Origin: Actinomycetota bacterium
GTDB lineage: Bacteria > Actinomycetota > UBA4738 > CALAEC01
Assembly (NCBI GenBank): GCA_050692985.1
Contig: JBOGVZ010000066.1
Span: 9,885-73,884, forward strand
DNA length: 64,000 nt
Reading direction: 5' to 3'
Shown: positions 38,523-47,659 of the stretch, in pieces
How the letters are laid out: the number at the start of each line of letters is the position of its first letter
How positions within the stretch are numbered: position 1 is the first letter of the stretch
Position numbers and translations under genes: made by a program
Notes under the pieces: generated by a model
The model's input: the letters and a program-made list of their open reading frames with translations, nothing else
Database searches by the model: none
What the model was told of the DNA's origin: nothing

Positions 38523-39728
38523 GTGCCCAGGGTGAGACGAGCCACCATCGCCATCATCGTCCTGGCCCTCGTGGCCCCGGCCGCGGCGCCGGTGGCCGCG
38601 CACGACCCCCAGAACCGCCTCGAGGAGATCCAGGCCGAGATCGAGCAGAAGAAGAAGCGGATCGCCGCCGCGGATCGGGAGCAGGCGGGCCTCCTCGAGG
38701 AGCTGGAAGCGGCCGACGAGAAGCACGACGTCCTCACGGTCCAGGTCCACAGCCTCACCGCCAGGCTCGAGGCGGCCCGGGCCCGGCTGGCGACTGTCCA
38801 GGCCAGCCTGGATGCCGCCCGGCTGAGCCTGGTCGAGTGGACCCGCAAGCTCGACCGGAGCCGGCGGGACCTCCGCGACCAGCAGTCCACGTTCGACCAG
38901 CGGGTGGCCACCACGTACAAGCTCGGGCCCGGCGCGTACCTGGACGTGCTGCTCGGCTCGGATGACTTCCGGGCGCTGGTGGACCGGTCGGCCTACCTCG
39001 AGCGCGTGTTGACGGTGGACTCGGACATGGTGCAGGGGCTGGAGACGGCCAAGGCCCTGGTGTCCGACCGGCAGGCCACCGTCGAGGAGCTGGAGCGGCA
39101 GCTCAGCCGGAAGTGGGACAAGGTCAACGCCGAGGTCGAGCGGATCTCGGAGCTCCGAGCCCGGGAGCAGGCCCTCCAGCGGCAGGTCGAGCAGGAGATC
39201 GCCACCCGCGAGGGGCTCGTCGACGACATCGAGCAGACCAAGGCCGAGTACGAGGCGGCGGTGGCGGAGCTCCAGGCGGAGTCCGACCGCATCCGCAGCG
39301 TCCTCCAGTCCGGCGGGTCCTCGGGCTCGGGCAAGGCCCCCGGCGGCCAGCTGTTCTGGCCCACCAGCGGGTCGATCGGCTCGGGGTTCGGGTGGCGGAC
39401 CCACCCCATCTTCGGGACCCAGCGCTTCCACGCCGGGGTCGACATCGGTGGGGCGTGCGGGCAGCCCATCTGGGCGGCCGAGAAGGGGACCGTGGTCTCG
39501 GCCGGCTACAACGGCGGCTACGGCAACGCCACCGTGATCGACCACGGGGGCGGGCTGGCCACCCTGTACGCGCACCAGTCGAGCTTCGCGGTCTCGTCCG
39601 GGCAGAGCGTCAAGCGGGGCCAGACCATCGGCTCCGTGGGCACCACCGGGTGGTCCACGGGCTGCCACCTCCATTTCGAGGTCCGGGTCAACGGGACCCC
39701 GGTGGACCCCGTCCCGTACCTCACCTGA
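38523..39728 (+). CDS. Secreted coiled-coil plus M23 (LytM) peptidoglycan endopeptidase (EnvC/PcsB-like partner of FtsEX)
   Basis: GTG 38523 with a signal peptide, a long heptad-rich region, and a C-terminal HAGVDIG...DHGGGLATLYAHQ...GCHLHFEV motif set. Confidence 0.85.
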   Translation: MPRVRRATIAIIVLALVAPAAAPVAAHDPQNRLEEIQAEIEQKKKRIAAADREQAGLLEELEAADEKHDVLTVQVHSLTARLEAARARLATVQASLDAARLSLVEWTRKLDRSRRDLRDQQSTFDQRVATTYKLGPGAYLDVLLGSDDFRALVDRSAYLERVLTVDSDMVQGLETAKALVSDRQATVEELERQLSRKWDKVNAEVERISELRAREQALQRQVEQEIATREGLVDDIEQTKAEYEAAVAELQAESDRIRSVLQSGGSSGSGKAPGGQLFWPTSGSIGSGFGWRTHPIFGTQRFHAGVDIGGACGQPIWAAEKGTVVSAGYNGGYGNATVIDHGGGLATLYAHQSSFAVSSGQSVKRGQTIGSVGTTGWSTGCHLHFEVRVNGTPVDPVPYLT

Positions 39729-39744
39729 GCGATACCCTGGACGC

Positions 39745-40878
39745 GTGAGCCGTTTCCGCGTCGTCGTCGCGTCCGTGGCCATCGCCGCCGTCCTGGCGGC
39801 GGGCTCGTTCGCCGCGGGCACCCGCCTGAGTGCGGGGGATGCCCCCAGCGGGTTCGAGCGCGTCGTCGAGGCCGCGGAACGGCTTCGGCGCGACTCGGCC
39901 CGCCCGGTCTCGGACGAGGAGCTCGTCCGTGCCGCCATCGAGGGGATGCTGGGGGCGCTGAACGACCCGTACGCGGCGCTGCTGGACCCGGATCAGGCCC
40001 GCGAGGTCGACGACCTGCTGACGGGCTCGTTCGTGGGCATCGGGGTGTGGCTGGAGTCCTCGGCCCAGGGGCTGCGGGTGACGAGCATCGTCGAGGGCTC
40101 CCCGGCGGAGGCCGCCGGTCTGAAGGCGGGAGACATCATCGCCGAGGCGGACGGCCATCCGATGGGTGGGGTCGGGGTGGACGAGGCGGCCCGGGTCCTT
40201 CGCGGTCCGGAGGGGACCACGGTCACGCTGGTGGTGGTCTCGGGGAAGGAGGAGCGGGAGGTCGAGGTCACGCGGGCCCGGGTGTCCCTGGCCGACGTGG
40301 ACGCCCGCATGGTGCGTGGCCGGGTGGCCTACGCGCATCCGCTCCAGTTCGGACGGGGGATGGCCGGCAGGCTGCGGGCCGAGCTGGCCCAGCTGCTCGA
40401 GGCCGGCGCCGGTGCGATCGTCCTCGACCTGCGGGGGAACCGGGGCGGCCTGGCCGACGAGGCCATCCGAGTGGCCAGCCTGTTCCTCGACCACGGTCCC
40501 GTGGCCCTGATCCGGGAGCCCGACGAGGCGGAGCGGCGGATCGAGACGAGCGGGACGCCCCTGGCCACCGACGTGCCCATGGCGCTCCTGGTGGACGGGG
40601 CCACGGCCAGCGCGTCCGAGCTCGTCGTGGGGGCCCTGGCCGACCACGACCGGGCGAGCGTGGTGGGCAGCCCGACCTTCGGGAAGGGCTCGGTGCTCAC
40701 GGTCGGCCACCTGGCGGGATCGGAGGAGTCCATCCAGTTCACCACGGCCTACTTCCTCACCCCGGACGGCCACCGCATCGAGGGCCGGGGGATCCGGCCC
40801 GACGTCGAGGTCCTCCCCGGTGGCTCGGAGGATGCCGCGCTGGAGCGGGCGGTGAGGATCGTCCTTCGGGGTGACTAG
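39745..40878 (+). CDS. S41 C-terminal processing peptidase with a PDZ domain
   Basis: PDZ domain (GLRVTSIVEGSPAEAAGLKAGDII), then LDLRGNRGGL...ATASASELVVGAL...G.PTFGKGS. Confidence 0.85.
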   Translation: MSRFRVVVASVAIAAVLAAGSFAAGTRLSAGDAPSGFERVVEAAERLRRDSARPVSDEELVRAAIEGMLGALNDPYAALLDPDQAREVDDLLTGSFVGIGVWLESSAQGLRVTSIVEGSPAEAAGLKAGDIIAEADGHPMGGVGVDEAARVLRGPEGTTVTLVVVSGKEEREVEVTRARVSLADVDARMVRGRVAYAHPLQFGRGMAGRLRAELAQLLEAGAGAIVLDLRGNRGGLADEAIRVASLFLDHGPVALIREPDEAERRIETSGTPLATDVPMALLVDGATASASELVVGALADHDRASVVGSPTFGKGSVLTVGHLAGSEESIQFTTAYFLTPDGHRIEGRGIRPDVEVLPGGSEDAALERAVRIVLRGD

Positions 40879-40881
40879 GGG

Positions 40882-41349
40882 GTGGCCGCGGGGGAGCGCG
40901 CCGTGGCCACGAACCGCCGGGCCCGCCACGACTACCACATCGAGGAGAGCTTCGAGGCGGGCATCGTGCTGACGGGCTCGGAGGTGAAGTCGCTCCGAGG
41001 TGGGCGGGCCTCGATCGCCGAGGCCTTCGCCCGGGTGACGGATGGCGAGGTGTGGCTGGAGAACATGCACATCCCCCCGTACCTCCAGGGCCAGACCCGC
41101 GACTACGATCCTCGTCGCCCCCGGAAGCTCCTGCTCCACCGCAGGGAGATCGAGCGGCTCATCGGCAAGACCCGGGAACGGGGGCTCACGCTGGTGCCGC
41201 TCCGCCTGTACTTCACCCGCGGCCTGGCCAAGGTGCAGCTCGGGTTGGGGCGGGGGAAGCGCGAGTTCGAGAAGCGCCAGGCCAAACTGGAGCAGGTCCA
41301 CCGGCGCGAGGCCGAGCGCTCCTTCGCCCACCGCCAGCGCGGCGGCTGA
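40882..41349 (+). CDS. smpB: SsrA-binding protein SmpB
   Basis: ...NRRARHDYHIEESFEAGIVLTGSEVKSLR...HIPPY...RRPRKLLLHRREI... Confidence 0.95.
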   Translation: MAAGERAVATNRRARHDYHIEESFEAGIVLTGSEVKSLRGGRASIAEAFARVTDGEVWLENMHIPPYLQGQTRDYDPRRPRKLLLHRREIERLIGKTRERGLTLVPLRLYFTRGLAKVQLGLGRGKREFEKRQAKLEQVHRREAERSFAHRQRGG

Positions 41350-41375
41350 GCCGGGCGCTCGGTACGCTTCGCCCC

Positions 41376-42159
41376 ATGGCCCAGGCGTTCTACCTCGCGG
41401 ACGGCGGTGGTTTCGTCCCCACCGAGCTGACCCGGGGCCCGTGGAGCGCCGACGCGCAGCACGCCGGCCCGCCGGCCGCCCTCCTGGGGCGGGCCATCGA
41501 GGGGCTGGAGCCGGTGGGGGAGATGGCCGTGGCCCGGTTCACCATCGAGGTTTTCCGGCCGGTACCCCTGCGACCGCTCCGGGTCGAGTCCCGGGTGGTC
41601 CGGCCGGGGCGCCGGGTGCAGTTCGCGAAGGCGGTCCTGGTGGACGACCAGGGCGATATCGCCCGTGCGTCGGCCTGGCGGATCCGCCCGGCCGGGAAGG
41701 TGCTGGCGGAGGTCGACTTGGAGCCCCCGCCGTTCCCCCGGCCCGATGACACGCCCCCCACGCCGCCGTGGAACCCACCGTGGGAGCCGAACTACTTCAC
41801 CGCCATGGAAATGGCGGACGGCCGCCGGCTCCTGGCTGGATCCGGGCCCCGCGGCCGTGTGGATGCGCCAGCGACACCCCGTCGTCGCGGAGGAGCCGAT
41901 CTCGCCGCTCGACCGGGTGCTGACCGTGGCGGACTCGGGCAACGGCATCAGCTGGGTGGTCGACCCGTCGACCCACCTGTTCGTCAATACGGATCTCACC
42001 GTGCACCTGGCCCGTCTGCCGGTCGGGGAATGGGTCTGCCTCGACGCCCGGACCCGGGTAGGCCCGTCGGGGATCGGTGTGGCCGAGAGCGTCCTGTGGG
42101 ACGACCGGGGGCGCTTCGGCAGGGCCGCCCAGAGCCTCCTGGTGGCGCCGAGGTCGTAG
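41376..42159 (+). pseudogene. Acyl-CoA thioesterase-family (double hotdog) protein, frame broken at an AAA run (41809-41811)
   Basis: Frame 0: MAQAFYLADGGGFVPTELTRGPWSADAQHAGPPAALL...NYFTAME. The +1 frame continues WRTAAGSWLDPGPAAVWMRQRHPVV...FVNTDLTVHLARLPVGEWVCLDA...SVLWDDRGRFGRAAQSLLV to the stop at 42159. The frame-0 continuation to 42224 is Arg/Gly/Pro-rich and non-coding-looking. Confidence 0.6.
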
Positions 42160-42216
42160 GTGTGGAACCGGACGGCAGCCCGCCTGCGGTTCCGTATACT
42201 GGAGACGAACTGAATA

Positions 42217-42564
42217 GGGGCTGACTTGGCTTCGACTCGGGTGGTTGCCACCCGGGGGAAGCGGGCCGAGGTCCCCGGAGTCCTCGTTAAAGAGCCGGGA
42301 TCAACACAAGCGCCGACGATTACGCGCTCGCTGCCTAGTCACTAGGTAGCCGTCCGCCGAGGTTCGCCTGTGGCCTCGGGTCGGGCGTCACTAGCAGGCT
42401 CACCAGGCCCGGTGCGCCTCGGGCCCCGCCTGGGACATCGAACCGAGGCTGGTCCGGCGGTCCTCCGCCTGTGGGAAGCCGCCGGACGAGATCTGCCACA
42501 GGCTGCGCCCGGAGAAGACCCGGATGGTCACCCGAGGACGCGGGTTCGATCCCCGCCAGCTCCA
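42217..42564 (+). ncRNA. ssrA: tmRNA (SsrA)
   Basis: 5' GGGGCUGACUUGGCUUCGAC..., 3' ...GGACGCGGGUUCGAUCCCCGCCAGCUCCA (T-arm plus a 7-bp acceptor stem containing a G-U pair). The internal tag ORF reads ...INTSADDYALAA, then TAG 42336-42338. It lies just downstream of smpB. Confidence 0.9.
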
Positions 42565-42576
42565 CTTCACGCCAGC

Positions 42577-42607
42577 GGGCCGGCAGGCGATCCATACCTG
42601 CCGGCCC
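42577..42607. terminator. Bidirectional hairpin between ssrA and the convergent RTX-like gene
   Basis: Perfect 11-bp stem gggccggcagg / cctgccggccc with a 9-nt loop, followed by gttccgttcc. Confidence 0.5.
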
Positions 42608-42619
42608 GTTCCGTTCCTC

Positions 42620-43060
42620 TCAGGTCTCGCAGCGTTCGACCGATTCTCCGCCGGAGCAGGTGTCGTGACCGGCTCCACCGTCGAGGTCGTCCACGCCCTT
42701 CCCTCCCCGGAGGATGTCGTTTCCCTTGTTGCCGTCCAGCTCGTCGTTCCCGCGTCCCCCGGCGACCCGGTCCTTCCCGGCGTCGCCGCTGAGGTCGTCG
42801 GCGCCGGGGCCGCCGCAGATGCGGTCCTTCCCGCCGTGGCCGTCGACCTCGTCGTTGCCGCCCTTGGCCACGATGACATCGGCCCCGGGGGACCCATCGA
42901 TCTCGTCACTCCCCGCGGTGCCCACGATGGTCGCTGGCTTCCCGAAGCACGTTGGTCCTCCCGCGCCGGCGGGTGTGCCCACCAGCGCCAGGCCGATCAC
43001 GGCCGCCAGGGCGAGGACCGGGATCGCGGGGCCGCGGCTCATACGGATGCTCCTGGACAT
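42620..43060 (-). CDS. Small secreted calcium-binding (RTX/hemolysin-type GGxGxD repeat) protein
   Basis: Signal peptide, then repeated G(G/S)xG(A/N/K)D(x)(L/I/V)xG nonapeptides, then a C-terminal ...DTCSGGESVERCET. Confidence 0.7.
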   Translation of the reverse strand: MSRSIRMSRGPAIPVLALAAVIGLALVGTPAGAGGPTCFGKPATIVGTAGSDEIDGSPGADVIVAKGGNDEVDGHGGKDRICGGPGADDLSGDAGKDRVAGGRGNDELDGNKGNDILRGGKGVDDLDGGAGHDTCSGGESVERCET

Positions 43061-43209
43061 GATCCCTCCTTGGTCTTTCGGTCAGCCTCCCTCGTCGACG
43101 TGAGCGAGGCCTGAACCGAGGCTGAGGGTTCCCTCAGCTTCCCGCGCGTGCCGGCGATGCGGACCGTGATCGTCGTCCGACGCCCGCGTGGCGGAGCGGT
43201 GAACCACAC

Positions 43210-44430
43210 ATGATCCGGTGGGCAGCGTCCGCCGTCGCCTTGGCTCCGAAAATGTCAGAGGCAGGTCCTAGAGTTCCACGCATGGAAGTCGCGGCCCGCG
43301 CCCGTTCGGAAGACCTCACCGAGACCATGGATGGCGGGTTCTCCGCGATGGCGGCCGCCTCGGCCGAGGTCCTGCGGGCCGTCGCCGAGTACGACGCCCG
43401 GAAGCTGTGGCGCCGGGACGGGGCCACCTCGATGACCCCGTGGCTGGCCGGGAGGTACGGCCTGGGGTGGGGCACGGCCCGGGAATGGGTCCGGGTGGCC
43501 CGGGCCCTGACCGGCCTGCCGAGGCTCGCCCGGGCCTATGCCCGGGGCCGGCTGTCGTGGGACCAGCTCCGGCCCCTGACCCGGTTCGTCACCCCGGAGA
43601 GCGAGGAGCTGTGGGCCCGCAGGGCCCCGGGGCTCCGTCCGGCCACCCTGTGGCGGGAGGCCGCCCGCCACCGGCGGGCCGCCGCCGGGGAGGCCCAGGA
43701 GGCCCACCGCCTGAGGTACCTGGAGCTGTGGTGGGACCCCGAGCGCCCCGTGGTGTACCTCCAGGGACAGGTGGGCCTCGAGCAGGGGGCGGTGTTGGAG
43801 GCGGCCCTCCACCGGCGGTCGGAGCGCGTGGCCGTGGCCGGCCATCCCGCCGACCCCGCCGGGGCCCGGCTGGCCGACGCCCTGGTGGAGCTGGCCACCG
43901 AGCCCAAGGCCGGTGCCGCCCCGGCGCCCACCGTGGTGGTCCACGCCGACGCCCGGGCCCTGACGGGGAGGGAGGCGCCGGAGGGCCCGTGGCTGGCCGA
44001 GACCGAGTCCGGCCGCCGCCTGCCCCCCGAGGCCATCCGCCGGCTGGCCTGCGACGGCCGCATCGAGTGGGTGCTGGAAGACGGCGGCCGCCCGGTGGGG
44101 ATGGGGCGGCGGGGCCGGGCCGTGCCCGGGGCGCTGCTGCGGGTGCTGCGGCACCGCGACGGGGCCGCCTGCCGGTTCCCCGGGTGCGAGCGCAAGCGGT
44201 GGCTCAACGCCCACCACCTGGTCCACTGGGCCGACGGGGCCCCCACGAGCCTCGACAACCTGGTGCTGCTGTGTGGGGCCCACCACCGCCTGATCCACGA
44301 GGGAGGGTGGAGGATCAGCGGCCATCCGGCCAGGAACCTGCGGTTCCACGATCCCGGCGGGAGGGCCGTGCCGACCCGCTGGATGCCGCACGCCGCTCCC
44401 CGGCCGGTCAGAGCCAGGCTACTGCGGTAG
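43210..44430 (+). CDS. DUF222 plus HNH endonuclease-domain protein (REP13E12-like family)
   Basis: N-terminal DUF222-like helical region (...AEYDARKLWRRDGATSMTPWLA...). C-terminal HNH motif: CRFPGCERKRWLNAHHLVHWADGAPTSLDNLVLLCGAHHRLIHEGGW. Confidence 0.8.
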   Translation: MIRWAASAVALAPKMSEAGPRVPRMEVAARARSEDLTETMDGGFSAMAAASAEVLRAVAEYDARKLWRRDGATSMTPWLAGRYGLGWGTAREWVRVARALTGLPRLARAYARGRLSWDQLRPLTRFVTPESEELWARRAPGLRPATLWREAARHRRAAAGEAQEAHRLRYLELWWDPERPVVYLQGQVGLEQGAVLEAALHRRSERVAVAGHPADPAGARLADALVELATEPKAGAAPAPTVVVHADARALTGREAPEGPWLAETESGRRLPPEAIRRLACDGRIEWVLEDGGRPVGMGRRGRAVPGALLRVLRHRDGAACRFPGCERKRWLNAHHLVHWADGAPTSLDNLVLLCGAHHRLIHEGGWRISGHPARNLRFHDPGGRAVPTRWMPHAAPRPVRARLLR

Positions 44431-44475
44431 CGAAGATCGGGCACGCCGCCCAGACGCTTGGGCTACCGTACGCAC

Positions 44476-45618
44476 GTGGCCCGGATCGTCATCCTTGGCG
44501 GAGGCTTCGGCGGCGTCTCCGCCGCTCACCACCTGCGCCTGTTCGCCCCGGAGCACGAGGTGGTGCTGGCCGCCCGGGACCCCACCTTCATGATGGGGTT
44601 CCGCAAGAACGCCGAGCTGGTCGGGGGCGAGCCCATGGAGGGAGGCCGGCGTCCCCTGTCCGCCCTCGAGGACCGGGGCGTGCGGGTCGTCCAGGGGACC
44701 GTCACTCAGGTGGACGCCGAAGCGCATGCCGCCCACGTGGACGGCCGCACGGTGGAGGGCGACGCCCTGGTGGTGGCCCTAGGCGCGGAGGTCGTTCCGG
44801 ACGCCGTCCCGGGCCTCGCCGAGCACGGGCGCAACGCCTACGACCCCGCCGAGGTCCCGGCCTCGGCCGGAGACCTGGCCGCCCTGGAGGAGGGTCGGGT
44901 GGTCATCGGCATCTTCGGGGCCCCGTACACGTGCCCGCCGGCCCCGTACGAGCTGGCCCTGCTGGCCTCGGAGGCCGCGGAGGCCCGCGGGGCCCGGGTG
45001 GACTTCACCGTGTTCACCCCCCAGCCCATGTCCCTGCCGGTCCTCGGCACCGCCGGGTGCGAGGTGGTCGAGTCACGTCTGGGGGTCCGAGACATCAAGT
45101 TCCTGGCGAACACGAAGGCCGAGCGGGTGGAGCCCGGCCGCGTGGTCACCGGCAACGGGGACATCCCGTTCGACCTGCTGCTGGCGGTGCCCCCACACCG
45201 CTGCCCCGGCGTGCTCGTCGAGGCCGGGCTGGCCGAGCCCGGAGGATGGGTGAAGGTCGACCCCCGAACCGTGGAGACGGCCGCCGAGGGCGTCCACGCC
45301 GTGGGGGACTGCACCCAGATCGCTCTGGCCACCGGACAGCCCATGCCCAAGGCCGGCGTGCTGGCCGAGGGGGAGGGCCGGGTGGTGGCCGAGCGGATCG
45401 CGGCCCGGCTGGCCGGCATCGAGCCGGAGGGGACGTGGGGCGGCGAGGGTGCCTGCTACCTGGAGGTCGGTGGCGGCCAGGCCATGATGGTCCGGGGCCG
45501 CTTCCTGGCCGAGCCGGCCCCGGAGGTAGAGCTCACGGAGGCCTCTCCCCGGTACCTCGAGGACAAGGCCCGGTACGAGGCCGAGCGCCTCGACGAGTGG
45601 TTCGGCCCCGCCGGTTGA
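44476..45618 (+). CDS. FAD-dependent pyridine nucleotide-disulfide oxidoreductase, sulfide:quinone oxidoreductase-like
   Basis: VARIVILGGGFGGVSAA (Rossmann fold)...YTCPPAPYE...AVGDC... The start is GTG 44476, or TTG 44458 as in the ORF track. Confidence 0.7.
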   Translation: MARIVILGGGFGGVSAAHHLRLFAPEHEVVLAARDPTFMMGFRKNAELVGGEPMEGGRRPLSALEDRGVRVVQGTVTQVDAEAHAAHVDGRTVEGDALVVALGAEVVPDAVPGLAEHGRNAYDPAEVPASAGDLAALEEGRVVIGIFGAPYTCPPAPYELALLASEAAEARGARVDFTVFTPQPMSLPVLGTAGCEVVESRLGVRDIKFLANTKAERVEPGRVVTGNGDIPFDLLLAVPPHRCPGVLVEAGLAEPGGWVKVDPRTVETAAEGVHAVGDCTQIALATGQPMPKAGVLAEGEGRVVAERIAARLAGIEPEGTWGGEGACYLEVGGGQAMMVRGRFLAEPAPEVELTEASPRYLEDKARYEAERLDEWFGPAG

Positions 45619-46367
45619 GCGCCAGAGCGGTGCTGGTCACCGGTGCGTCGAGGGGGATCGGGCGCGCGGTGGCCGAGGCGTTCGCCGCGAACGGCGACCG
45701 GGTGGCCGTCCACTACGTCTCCGACGAGAAGGCCGGTCTCGATGCGCTGGCGTCCCTGGCCGGGGAGGGCCACGTCCTGGTGCGCGCTGACCTGGCGGAC
45801 CCGGAGGCGGTGCGGGCCATGGTGGACGAGGTTGCCGGCGACCTGGGCGTCATCGACGTCCTGGTCAACAACGCCGCCGTCTACCTCGAGCACCGCATCG
45901 CCGAGGCCTCGTACGAGGAGTGGCAGGCGGCGTTCCGCCGCACGGTCGAGGTCAACCTGATCGGCACGGCCAACGTCACCTACTGCGCGGTGCGGCACAT
46001 GCTCGGCCGAACGGGCGGGCGGATCATCAACGTCTCCTCGCGCGGAGCCTTCCGGGGGGAGCCCACCCATCCCGCCTACGGGGCCAGCAAGGCCGGGCTG
46101 AACGCCTTGGGGCAATCGCTGGCCCAGGCCCTGGGGCCCCGCGGCATCTCCGTGGCCACGGTGGCGCCGGGCTTCGTGGAGACGGACATGGCCGGCCCCT
46201 CTCTCGAGGGGGCCGAGGGCGACGCCGTCCGCGGCCAGAGCCCCCTGGGACGGGTGGCCCGGCCGGACGAGGTCGCCGCCGCGGTCCTCTACCTGGTCTC
46301 GCCCGAGGCCGAGTTCGCCACCGGGGCCATCCTCGACCTCAACGGCGCCTCGTACCTGCGCACCTGA
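45615..46367 (+). CDS. Short-chain dehydrogenase/reductase (FabG-like)
   Basis: VLVTGASRGIGRA..., NNAA, and the catalytic S...YGASKAG. The TTG 45615 start overlaps the upstream stop (GTG 45630 is an alternative). Confidence 0.85.
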   Translation: MSARAVLVTGASRGIGRAVAEAFAANGDRVAVHYVSDEKAGLDALASLAGEGHVLVRADLADPEAVRAMVDEVAGDLGVIDVLVNNAAVYLEHRIAEASYEEWQAAFRRTVEVNLIGTANVTYCAVRHMLGRTGGRIINVSSRGAFRGEPTHPAYGASKAGLNALGQSLAQALGPRGISVATVAPGFVETDMAGPSLEGAEGDAVRGQSPLGRVARPDEVAAAVLYLVSPEAEFATGAILDLNGASYLRT

Positions 46368-46377
46368 CCGCGGATCT

Positions 46378-47558
46378 CTAGGGCAGCCCGGGGGCCGGGG
46401 CCGGGTAGGGGACGACCTGGCCGTTGGCCAGATTCGCGGAGACCTGGGTGGCCCGGGTCCCGCCCATGATCCCGATGCCGCTGCGCATCAGGGGATCGAT
46501 CCAGATGTGGGTGATGATCCCGGCCGCTTCCATGTTGGCCCCCACGGTGTCGCCAAGCACCGTGTTCGCCCCGGAGCCCGAGTCGCCGGGAGCGATGACG
46601 CCCTCGAACATGAACCACGAGGATCGCCAGGCGATGGCCGTCCCGGCCCGAGGGGTCCCCCCGGCTCCCACCCCGGCCCCGTGCCCGTAGTGCACGATGG
46701 CCTGGGCCAGGAGGGGATCGGGGGTCACCAACACCTGCGGGATCAGGCTGTTGCCCTGGAAGCTCACCGCCGCCAGGTCGCCCGTCTTCGTGTACATGCC
46801 TCGAGGCCCGCCCCAGAAGCACATCGTGGGGCTCACCAGCCCCTGGTACTCGGACTTGATGTCGATCAGGGCCCAGTCCTTCCCCAGGCCCCCGCTCTGT
46901 GACTTGGCGAACGTCCCGAAGTCGAGCAGGACGGCCCCCGCCACGCCACCCCGGTTGCCCAGCGCGGCGATCACCGTGGCGGTCTGGCCGGTCTTGCCGC
47001 AGTGGCCCGCCGTGCTGATGTCGTAGTTCCCGGGCGCCCCGTACACGTGGGCCATCGAGCACCACCCGATGCCCCCACCCGACAGCAGCAGCAGCCACGC
47101 GCCCGGCCGGATCCCCAGGCAGCCGGTTCCGGCATACGTGGCCCGGTGGGCCCTCCCTGCGAGCCGCCACCGCCACCGCCACCGCCGCCACCGCCGTGGC
47201 CCGGCCGGTGGTCCATGGCGGCCCGGAGGGCCGGCAGCGGCACGTCGAAGAAGCGGCCATCCTCGGTCACCAGCGTGGGACGCGGGTACCGGCGTGACAG
47301 GAGGACCTCCGTGGACGGCAGCCCCATCCGCGCCAGCTGGGCGTCCGTGGGCTGGAAGCGGATCGGGGCCCACGTCCCCTTCGGGTGGCTGGCCAGGACC
47401 TCCGCGCGCCACTGCTCCGTCACCTCGCACAGGGCGTCCTCGGAGACGGTGAACTCGCGGAAGCTCCAGGGAGACCCGGCGCTCCCCGCCGGCGCGGCGG
47501 TGGCCACCAGGGGAACGGACAGGGACAGGACCACGAGGAGTCGAGGGATCGTGCGCAT
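46378..47558 (-). pseudogene. Secreted chymotrypsin-fold serine protease with a poly-Gly linker, frame broken between 47140 and 47162
   Basis: The N-terminal frame runs from ATG 47558 (GGGAG ribosome-binding site): MRTIPRLLVVLSLSVPLVATA...AMDHRPGH(G)11S. The protease domain is in the -1 frame: ...YAGTGCLGIRPGAW...TAGHCG...DWALIDI...GDSGSG... to the stop at 46378. Confidence 0.6.
47163..47195 (-). repeat. Triplet microsatellite (GGC/GGT x 11) encoding Gly11
   Basis: Plus strand reads gcc gcc acc gcc acc gcc acc gcc gcc acc gcc. It lies in the linker of the protease gene, right next to the frame break. Confidence 0.8.
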
Positions 47559-47659
47559 CGGGCTCTCCCTTCCCGGCCGCGGGCAACCTCGAACGGCCGA
47601 AGACCGGACCAAGCGGATGAGAGGTACCCAGCCGAACCAGGCTCAAACCGCCCGGCGGC

